Assembly: GCA_977017645.1 (NCBI GenBank)
Contig: OZ360246.1
Span: 20,460,001-20,524,000 of the forward strand
Direction: 5' to 3'
Source: Torpedo marmorata
Lineage: Eukaryota
Length of the DNA: 64,000 nt
The position numbers were made by a program, and so were the translations under genes. Positions 12,401 through 21,559 of this stretch are shown here, piece after piece (position 1 is the first letter of the stretch; each line of letters opens with the position of its first letter). The notes below the pieces were generated by a model that saw only the letters and a list, made by a program, of their open reading frames with translations, did not search any database and was not told where the DNA came from.

Positions 12401-12895
12401 AGATGTGAATATAAGGTCACCCACTATGCAGACAATAAACTTACCCCAGGACATATCAAAATACACAAGAAGTACCGGAAAGGAAATAAGGCACTGATCC
12501 CACAGGCACAAGCATGGGCCAACCAAAAGTGGCAGTTTATAGTGACACAGAACCTCTGAGAAAGGAGACCAGTGAACACAAGAGGGATGATTATCCTGCT
12601 GCCCACATATTGACAAACTAACCTGAACCCTAACCCTAACCCTAGATTTGACACTATGTCTGCCAGATTGTGAGGGCAATCACAAAGCACAAAGGTTTGA
12701 CACTAGGTCTGCCAGATTGTGAGCAAGCTAGTCTGTGGGTTTGTCCTGTTTGAACAGCCTGAAGCCCACCGCCCCGCTCCCTCACCGACAGCCTGCCACC
12801 AGCCCCCAACGATAGATAGCGGTGATTAGTAAAGGATTACTTAAGGTGGTATATGAGTGGAAAGAAAAAGTTTGAAATCCACTTCTTTCGATCAA

Positions 12896-13145
12896 TCCCA
12901 CGCTCTTTTATAAATTGTGTGCGAATGTTTTATTAAATTGTGCGTGTATTTCCCACGCTCCTTTATACATTGTGCGCGTATGTCTTATTAAATTGTGCGT
13001 GTTTTTTCCCACGCTCTTTCATAAATTGTACGCTTGTGTGCTTTATTCCCGCTACGATTTTCCCACGCTCTTATTAATTGTGCGTGTGTGTGCTTTAGCT
13101 CTCGCTACGATTTTCCCACGCTCTTCTGTTAATTGTTGTGTATTA
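12896..13145 (+). repeat. ~55-bp tandem repeat, about 5 copies
   Basis: TCCCACGCTC anchors at 12896, 12951, 13007, 13061 and 13114, each followed by aaattgtgcg-like sequence. Confidence 0.8.
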
Positions 13146-13789
13146 ATAAAAGTAATGTTTGATAGCAAACCCTTGTGTCCAGACTCGTCTGTCACGGACT
13201 TGACACTTTCTCAACACAACAATGACCAGTGCGGGGACTGACAGCGTTACTGTTGGCGTTACTCACCATTATCACCTTAATTTCAAACTGGCATATAAAA
13301 CCGGGCAAATTATTTGAGCCATTTTTTGGGAAAAACAAGTGGGTCTAACATGCCGTTAAATACGGTATGTTATACGTGACATTAGACGCCGACGCTGTTG
13401 AGTTACACGTCCCGCCCCTTTTGTTCGCAGAATGCCGGTATGCTGTATAAAAAGGCAGACTGATACGGAAAATTGCAAGTTTTGGTTGTTCCAGTGTGAA
13501 CGACCAATGCCAGCATATCAGAGGCTCTTCATAACGGAAAAATCACGCGAATGCTGTGTAAAAAAACATATCTGAGTCACATTAGTGACATTTTCCTACC
13601 AGTATGGGCAGGTCTCTTTACCATAAAAAATGTGAACAGATAAAATGAATCCCATTTTCTTATGAGAACTTCCATTCTTAAGCAAATATTTTATCAGGCG
13701 TTGGACACCAGTACTGGATGTTCAGCTGAACATCAGGAAGACCAAAGCCAGTATTTTTGGTCATTGCCACAAATTGAATCTCCCTCTCA

Positions 13790-14230
13790 CCTTGGTCATT
13801 GTTTAAGTTTCGGCAGAAGGTTTACAACTTTGTGTTGTGTTTGATGCTGTAGTAAGCCTCCAGTTCCATATCCTCTCCATCATCTCTATATGGCTTCCAC
13901 CTCCATAATATCACCCACAACCTGTGCCTGAACTTTTGCCTCTTGTCGTGACTTGACATGCTCTTCTGGATGACTCCCCATCTTCTATAAACTTGAGCTC
14001 ATCCAGACTTTGCTATCCAGGTCTTAACTTGCACCAAAGTCCTGTAGCTTATTGACCAACTTCGACTCCAAGTCCCATCATATCTCTGTAATATATAAAA
14101 AGAGATCCTTGTTTTCTAAGACCTCCCCAGCCTCGCGCATCTCTTGCCTTTTTAACCCTTGGAGATCTCTTCATTCAACAATTCTCTCCTCTTACACATC
14201 TGTTTTGATCACTCCCTCATGATTGTTTCA
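13790..14230 (+). mobile_element. Old L2-type LINE fragment
   Basis: Nucleotide resemblance to the L2 ORF2 3' region (ttccacctccataatatc, aaacttgagctcatccag); heavily decayed and recognised by eye only. Confidence 0.5.
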
Positions 14231-14649
14231 GGGGTGAGGTTCTACAAATTGAAAGAAGAGAGTCCAGGACAGATAAAATCTGTTGTGAAACTTACATTGT
14301 TACAAGTGTAAGTGAAAGACAAAGAAAATACCCCAAAGTGAGCACCCAGCACCTCCAGGTCAGTTCCTCACTGGCCGCAACAACAAACATTCTCAGCTGA
14401 GAACAGAAATCTGCACTGATGTGAGGCAGCACGGGATGACATTTACATTTTGTAATACCTCAGCAATGTCATTATATTGCAAGCCAAGCAGCTTTGGAAT
14501 TTTAGATTTTTTAATCATTTTAAATAATAAAGCATGGATGGAATTTGATTGGTGAAAGCAGTTGGTGTTTCAGCTGCAGCAGTTTGGAAATATTCAATTA
14601 ATGTCCAGCCAGGAGCTCTCTACCTGGCACAGGGTGGCGGCCAGACTTC

Positions 14650-15051
14650 CATTTGTAGCACCTTTGTCTTTACGTCAGGAGGTACAGATTTAAATTCACA
14701 ACCACAAAAATCTAGGTTTCAATTTCAGCCCAGTGGTCAGAGAATGAGGGGGGGGGGGGTTTCCTGATGAGATGTTAAACCAAGGTCCCACTGTCCTCTC
14801 CGAATGATGTTCAAGATCCCACAATATTATCGTAAGAAGTGCAAGGTAATTACTAGAACTGGGCAATACACATCCTTAAGCAATATCACTAAAAACTAAT
14901 AATCTGGTCACAAACAAAATCCTGGTTGTGGGACCTTGATCTGCACAAATTGCCTGGTCTGTTTCATGCATTGCAACATTTCCTGTAATTCAGAAGTATT
15001 TTATTGACCACTTTGGGACGCTATTGTGAAATATGTGATAGAAATGCAAGT
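14650..15051 (+). mobile_element. DeuSINE (SacSINE1/AmnSINE1-like), old
   Basis: gatgagatgttaaaccaagg, aagatcccac, atcactaaaaac..atctggtca, ttgtgggaccttg..gcacaaattg, cactttggga and agaaatgcaag match the Deu-domain/3' consensus as I recall it. Confidence 0.7.
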
Positions 15052-15578
15052 ATTCAAGTTATATAAACGGCTTTCATGTGTTTTTGATTAGATTCTAAAC
15101 TTTAACTTCACCCAAATAACCTATTATTCTAAATATAAATCACCTGATCCTTATCAGCGGATTCCAACCTATCCCTCACTCCTAAGTATCCGCTACTTGA
15201 TAGATAAAAGTACTCAATTAAAGTCTAGTCTGTAACTCAGTCCCACAGTTCAAAATGTGTTTAAGTTCAACTATGAAGCCACCCCGGTGAAAATAGGCTG
15301 CAAACACTCAGCATTGACCAGATGGGCCGAAGGATCTGTTTCTGTGCTGTAAAACTCTATGGTAATGAGTTTGTCATACAAATAAGGACAATGTTCATAC
15401 TCTATGACTCACTTATTGTTCTGGACAACATGTGAAGCGTGTGCAGATAACTAAGAAGCTGACTTTGCTTGTAGTAAATCATGAAAATCTGTAGACACTG
15501 TGGTTGAAGTAAAAACACAAAATGCTGGAGAAACTCAGCAGGTCAAAGAGTGTCCTTTATGTAGCAAAGGTAAAGATA

Positions 15579-15619
15579 CATAACTGACCTTTCGGGCTTA
15601 AGCCCTTCATCAAAGTATG
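15579..15619 (-). ncRNA. Minimal hammerhead-ribozyme-like motif (second copy)
   Basis: Minus strand reads CATACT-TTGATGA-A-GGGC-TTAA-GCCC-GAAA-GG-TC-AGTTATG. Confidence 0.6.
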
Positions 15620-16046
15620 AGAAAATGCTGGCAGGCATCCGAACAAAAGAGTGAGGGGTGAAGGGGTGGCAAAGGCAGGAGATGATAGGTGGAGAAAGGA
15701 GGGAGGGGACAGCAGGAATAAGGGGGAGGAGGGATGGATGGGTGGGTGGAAGAACTGGAAAGACAGGACAGGGGGAGGGGAAAGCAGTAAAGTCAATGTT
15801 CATGCCATCTGGCTGGAGAGTGCCCAGACGGAAAATAAGGTGTTGTTCCTCCAATCTGCGGGTGGTCGGGGGTGGGATAGTACACAAGGCCATGGACAGA
15901 CATGTGAGCGTGGGAGTGTGACTCGGAATTGAAATGGTTGGCCACTGGGAGGTCGCTGTTGTTGCGAATGGAGCGGAGGTGCTGAGCGAAGCGATCTCCC
16001 AATCTGCGACCGGTCTCTCCGATGTAGAGAAAGCCACAAAGGGAGC

Positions 16047-16960
16047 CCCAGGGCTGTGTGCTTAGTCCATTGCTCTTCACTCTGCTGACTCATGACTGTG
16101 CAGCAAAACACAGCTCGAATCACATCATCAAGTTCGCTGATGATACGACCGTGGTGGGCCTTATCAGCAAGAACGATGAGTCAGCATACAGAGATGAGGT
16201 GCAGTTGCTAATGGAATGGTGCGGAGACAACAACCTGCATCTGAATGTAAATAAAATTAAAGAGTTGGTTGTCGACTTCAGGAGGGCCCGGGGGGATCAT
16301 TCTCCATTGACCATGGACGGCTCTACCGTTGAGGTCGTAAAGAGTTCCATGTTTCTTGGAGTACACTTGATGGAGAGTCTCACCTGGTCCCTCAACACCA
16401 GTTCCATAGTCAAGAAAGCCCAGCAGCGTCTTTACTTCCTGCGAAGGCTGAAGAAAGTTCATCTTCCACCCTCTATCCTTACTACATTCTACAGGGGATG
16501 TATTGAGAGTATTCTGAGCAATTGCATCACCACTTGGTTTGGAAACTGTACCACTTCGGACCGAAAGACCCTGCAGAGGATAGTGAGGTCAGTGGAGAAA
16601 ATTATTGGAGTCTCTCTCCCCACCATGATGGACATCTACAACACACGATGCACGAGGAAGGCTAAAAACATTGTGAAGGACTTCTCACACCCCTTTGGTA
16701 AACTGTTTTCCTTTTTGCCATCTGGAAGGAGGTACCGAAGCACTCGGGCTCGTACGTCCAGACTGTGCAACAGTTTTTTCCCCCAAGCCATCAGGCTCCT
16801 CAATTTCTAGATATATATGTGTATTAGCATGTTATCGTTTTTTTTATTGTATTATAATATTTATGTACATCTGCCCATGGTCCTGGAGAAATGCTATCTC
16901 GTCTTACTGTGTATATGGCAATGAACGACAAATAAAGGTGACTTGACTTGACTTGACTTG
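16047..16960 (+). mobile_element. 5'-truncated Rex/Babar-type LINE with (GACTT)n tail
   Basis: ORF 16058-16810: PQGCVLSPLLF, IIKFADDTTVVGLI, KKAQQRLYFLRRL, FYRGCIESIL. AATAAA then GACTT repeats. The flanks rejoin into a continuous Penelope sequence. Confidence 0.88.
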
Positions 16961-17859
16961 ACCGGGTGCAGTAAATAAGTCCTCTGGAAGTACAAGTGAA
17001 GTGTTGCTTCACCTTTGCTACAGAAAAGACACTGTTTGACCTGCTGAGTTTCTCCAGCATTTGTGTTTTTTACTTCAACCACGGTGTCTACAGATTTTTG
17101 TGTTTTACTTCACTTGAAAGGCCTGTTTGGGGCCCCAGACCGTGGTGAAGGAAGAGGAGTGGGCGCAGGTGTTGCACCTCCTGCAGGCACAGGGGAAGGT
17201 GCCGGGGGTGCGATGGGTGGGGAGGGATGAGTGCACGATCAGTGTCAAGGGCAGGACAGAGGAACTGGTGCTGCTGGTGCCACCCTCTGGCATTCCATAA
17301 GAAGTGCAGGGGATACCTTCTTTCAGCACGACAGGAGAGAGAATGACAGGAAAAACTGGGAACATACTGTGGGTCAAGACTGATGAAGTAACATGGTCAG
17401 AATAGGCTACTGCATTTTTTATCATCTTGAACTTCCAATATAAATACAACCCTCCCCCACCCTTTCATTATCACCTTAATGTTTGTATAAAAATATTGCT
17501 TCCATTTTCCACTGTGCAGAAGGATGTTGGTGTTCAACTCCCCCACCTGGGCATCACATAGGGGGCAAACAAGGGCATACCCACCCATTCCCTCTCCCAC
17601 CTCTCCCAGTAGTCATAACAATGTGAGGTTCTGGTTGCCTGTTGTATAACATTAAGAGCACATGCCTGTGCTTCTCCAAAAAGTGGAAAATTTAAATTCA
17701 TGTTTCCCATTAATTGGAAAAGACCCTCCTTGGCAATCGATCAGTGACTTTCCTAATCCTGAAGTGGTCACCTGAATTAGGAGTACATGCTGATCAGATA
17801 AGGCACCATGTGCTCAAACAACTTAGGAAAAGAACTTGATGCAACAGTGAGACTAATTT

Positions 17860-18090
17860 TAAATTTAGACATACAGCACGGTAACAGACCCTTTCGGTCC
17901 TCAAGCCCTTGCCGCCCAATTACACCCAATTGACCTACAACACCCGGTATGTTTTGAAGGGTGGGAGGAAACCAGAGTCCCTGGGGAAAACCCACGGGGA
18001 GAACGTACAAACTCCTTACAGACAGCGCGGGATTCGAACCCCGGTCCCCATCGCTAGCGCTGTAACAACGTTGCGCTAACCGTGCCACCC
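17860..18090 (-). mobile_element. tRNA-derived V-SINE
   Basis: B box GGTTCGAATCC, V-domain-like gtaaggagtttgtacgttctccccgtg...ggtttcctcccac, CR1-like tail, and AATTT TSD at 17855 and 18091. Confidence 0.85.
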
Positions 18091-18269
18091 AATTTGGTAA
18101 AAATATTAATTATTTGAACAGGTTGTTTACAGACAACACTGAATCAGCTCATGAGGTGGGTCGGGTGGAGTATGATCAGGGATATGACTGTGCACAAACA
18201 AAAGTCAACCCTACAGTATGGCAACCAGAACTACACACAATATTCCAGGTGCACTTTCACCAACATCTT

Positions 18270-19120
18270 GCACTGCGGAAAATGGCGGCACTGCCGGAGC
18301 CGCTGTAGCGGCAGCGCTGCCACAGGTGCAGACCCGCGGGGAGCAAGGGAGCAGATATGCAGCGCTACCGCGGGGTCCAGCCGCCCAGTCGACTGCCGTC
18401 GGCGCCGCACGGGCTTTGAACGGCCCGTTGAGGGAGCCGACGGTGGTTTTATTTGAGATCCCGCGACCGCGGGGTCTGCGCCCAAGATGGCTATTAATCG
18501 GCAGCAGCCACGAGGGGCTGCAGACTCCAGGGAAGCGGAGGACTGGAGCAGGGCACCAGGGGACGGAAAGATCACCCCTGTCTGAGAAAGAGAAGCGGAG
18601 GAGACGACCCACGGGATGGTGACCACGGCGGCGGACCAGTGAGGGGTTCTGAGGCTGAAGGACCAGTGCATGCGGCGGGCTGCTGGCGACTCGAGGCGGG
18701 GAACCTGCGGAGGCTGTGGGATGCTGGAGACTGCTGTCGGGAGACTCGCGCCGGGCTGCGGACTGCCGGAGACTGGCTCGAACTGGCTGGAGGAGTACCA
18801 GGTATCGGAACCGGGATGCGAGAGGGTGCCGAGGGTGCCGAAGGGTTCCTAACCGTGTCGGAGGTTCGGATCTGGAGCGCGGGTTGCCGATGGTTTGGAC
18901 TGGACTCCGTGTGGATGCGGAGGCTGCGGAAGCGCTGGAGGCGAATCTACGGACACTCGGTGACTCTGGGGGGACTCTCTTTTCCTTCTCTTTCTCTGAC
19001 TGTAAGAAATGTTAGAGGCGCTTAGGCAATTTCCGCCGGTGGCGAATCTGTCTGCCTTGCAGCAGGCAAAAAGAAATTTCATGTAATATGACACTGTTTT
19101 GTACTATGACAATGGATTGA
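18270..19120 (+). mobile_element. CpG-rich non-coding retroposon with LINE-like 3' tail
   Basis: Flanked by ATCTT (18265, 19121) inside the CR1. Starts with aaaatggcggc. Its 3' end resembles the tail of the 5S-SINE at 20640-20722. Confidence 0.6.
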
Positions 19121-19757
19121 ATCTTCAACTGTTGGTGATGAACCAATCCTTGTACTTAATGCCTTGTCTGATGAAGGAAAGTGTGCCATTCCTTGACTAC
19201 CTGTGTCACCACTTTCAGAGAACTATGTACCTGCACCCCTAAGCTCTCTGTTCTGTAGCACAACTCAGTGCTGCCCTGGTTTAACTTCCCAAAATGCATC
19301 ACTTCACATTTGTTTGAATTGTATTGCATCTGCCCTTCCTTTGCCACTTTCCCAGATGATCTAGTTCCTGATGTAGCCTTAAACAACCTTCTTCACTGTC
19401 CACCACACCACCAATTTTGGTGTCATCTGAAAACTAGCGAACCATGCCACCAACGTTCACATCCAAATTGTTGATAGAGATAAAAACAACAGGGACCCAT
19501 CACCAATCCCTGCGGCACATCACTGGGTGTGGGCCTCTAATCTGAAATACAACGCCCCTCCACAACTACCCTCCAGCCAATTTTGTATCCAACTGGCTGG
19601 CTCATCCTGGATCCCATGTGATATCACTTTCCAAATCAATCTACCATGCAAGACCTTTACAAAAGCCAAGCTAAAATCGATATTGATAACATCTATCACC
19701 CTGATGTCATCAACCCTCTTGATCACCTTTTTAAATAAACTCAAATTCATGTGACAT

Positions 19758-19813
19758 CAGAATCAGAATCAATTTATTGTCATTTCACATGACATTACAT
19801 AACAAAACGAAAA
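19758..19813 (-). mobile_element. 56-bp Rex/Babar-type tail-only insertion
   Basis: cagaatcagaatcaatttattgtcat tail; GACAT TSD at 19753 and 19814. Confidence 0.6.
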
Positions 19814-20498
19814 GACATGATTTCCTATGAATAACATCATGGTGATTATCCTTATTCAGTCCTTGCCTTTTGAAATGCAGAGAGATCTTGTCTCTCTAAA
19901 TCCCCTCAAGTAACTTTCTCACACTGATGTCAAGCTTACTGGTCTGTAGTTCCGTGCATTGATTCTGCAGCCCTTCTTAAATAAAGGCACAACATTAGCC
20001 ACCCTCCAATCTTCTTGTATCTCACCCATGGTGAAGGAAGATACAAAAAAAATATCTTCCCTTACTGCCCATAACATCCTGTTCAGGCCCTGGAGTGTTA
20101 TTCAACTTTCTGCAGCTCAAGACGACCAACACCTCTTCTTCTGTAACATCAATATGTTTCAGGACATCACTGTTCTCTTCCCTGAATCCCCAAGTAGACA
20201 TGATCTTCTCCGTGGTAAATACAGATAAGAAGTATTCATTTAAGACCTCACCCATCTCGTGTAGCTCCACACATAAATGACTATACTGATCCTTGAGGGG
20301 ATCTATTCTCTCCCTAGTTACCCTTTTGCTCCTAACATAAAGAATCTTTTTAAATTCTCCTTTATCTGATCTGCCAAGGATATCTCAAGTCTTCTATTTC
20401 CACTCCTTATTTCTGCTCTTCAATGTCCCTTGTCAGCCAGTGTTCTCTAATTCTGCCAGCCTTGCCATTCACTGCAACAGGAACCTGTTGGCCCTAAA

Positions 20499-20734
20499 GC
20501 AGCACCAATAGCCTGAATACAACTGGGATTGTCTGATCTCGGAAGCTAAGCAGGCACAGGACTGGTCAGTACTTGGAGGGGAGACCGCCTAGGAACACCA
20601 GGTGCTGTAGGTTTCTGTGAGGGGTGCTGGACAAAGTAGCGACTCTCTGTCTGCCTTACGGTAGACAAAAATTAAATAATTTCATGTATGTTACATTCTA
20701 AATGTAGTATTACGTGACAATAATGGAACCTTTA
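20499..20734 (+). mobile_element. 5S rRNA-derived SINE (SINE3-type)
   Basis: 5S head (gtctgatctcggaagctaagcagg...agtacttggaggggagaccgcctaggaacaccaggtgctgtagg) with A and C boxes, a ~120-bp non-5S tail, and a 7-bp TSD CCCTAAA at 20492 and 20735. Confidence 0.85.
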
Positions 20735-21544
20735 CCCTAAACCTCTCTCTGTCTCTGTCTCACGCACGTTCATTTTTAAATGCCTCCCTCTTAGCACACA
20801 TCCATTCACCAGCAAACTGCCACTCTCAATCAACCTTTGCAAATTCCTGTCTAATGCCAAATCCCCAATTTAGGGCTTCAGTTTGTGGCAGCTGCTATAT
20901 TTGTCAAAAACGTTTTGACTTCAGTGATCCAGAAATCTAACACCTTCCCTCCAACAGCATCCTTCAAGTGACACATTCATGGAAGATCACAATTCACCTG
21001 ATTTGAGTTGCAATAACTTCCATGGTATAAAGATCCTCAAATTTGTTTCTGCTTCTTCCAGATAAATACTTTAGACTACACCACAAATAAATATGAACAT
21101 CACAGGAGACATCAGTTTAATTACTTGCCTTACAGAATTGAAAGGAATTCGTATTTTCTACTTCCTTCATTTCATTACAGTGAAAATTCTCAAATGAAAA
21201 GATTGTTTTCTTCCCAAATAACATCATAGACAACCTGCAACCTGTTTCTGTAAGTTGAATATGACTGGCCATGGCCATCAGTTCCATTGGAATCAGTGGG
21301 ATTCAGCCAAATGGAGGGAAGTAAGTCGGGAACACGAGCTCATGTAGAGCACAGTTCTGACCACGTCAAGTGGAATTGAGAGTGGAGACATGTAGTGCTG
21401 CAATTCCCACGTGAGCATTCAGAGGCTACACTAAGTCAGATATTGCAAACGACATGGAGACATATGATAAATTTGAATTTTAAATTTTTAATTCCTTATC
21501 AAATTACCAAATTGTGTCATAATCAAAAAGAAATTTAACAACAC

Positions 21545-21559
21545 TATTTTCATTGGTAG
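21545..21559 (+). promoter_or_regulatory. Putative 3' splice acceptor of the giant exon
   Basis: tattttcattggtAG|CT GAA (phase 1) at the switch from AT-rich intron to S/T-coding sequence. The last in-frame stop is at 21520. An alternative AG at 21566-21567 would be phase 0. Confidence 0.65.

Larger units (their letters stand above)
12067..13367. mobile_element. Tc1/mariner (Tc2/pogo-like) non-autonomous element
   Basis: Ends TACCGTAATT and AAATACGGTA (TA-flanked CCGTA inverted repeat); the interior is composite and has no transposase. Confidence 0.45.
11860..13570. mobile_element. Non-autonomous DNA transposon (possibly Harbinger-like) containing nested elements
   Basis: Inverted ends ttttacacagc (11867) and gctgtgtaaaa (13553), with internal copies of the motif at about 11919 and 13442. 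The superfamily call is tentative. Confidence 0.45.
15474..17240 (-). mobile_element. Penelope-like element with GIY-YIG endonuclease, interrupted by a Rex/Babar LINE
   Basis: CGFLYIGETGRRLGDRFAQHLRSI...VANHFN, RRLEEQHLIFRLGTLQPDGMN, VKQHFTCTSRGLIYC and PGTFPCACRRCNTC. Confidence 0.88.
18205..20870 (-). mobile_element. Old CR1 ORF2 fragment hosting three later insertions
   Basis: Fragments VHLEYCV, KCEVMHFGK, DFSLAFVKVLHGRL and MGEVLNEYFLSVFT; interrupted at 18270, 19758 and 20499. Confidence 0.8.

Noticed and set aside
12315-12643. True telomere or chromosome fusion site
   Set aside because: Short, degenerate, single orientation and embedded in transposon-like sequence.
18020-18090. tRNA gene
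   Set aside because: Only the tRNA-derived head of a V-SINE; there is no full cloverleaf.
18151-19094. Overlapping ORFs on both strands in the GC-rich segment
   Set aside because: Stop-poor because of GC content; no recognisable domain; lies within a TSD-flanked insertion.
20499-20613. Functional 5S rRNA gene
   Set aside because: Diverged 5' part, single copy, LINE-like tail and a 7-bp TSD indicate a SINE.
21181-21255. Possible small exon ending at CT|GTAAGT (21249)
   Set aside because: All three frames from the best acceptor (21180) hit stops; only a 20-bp version is open, with no support.
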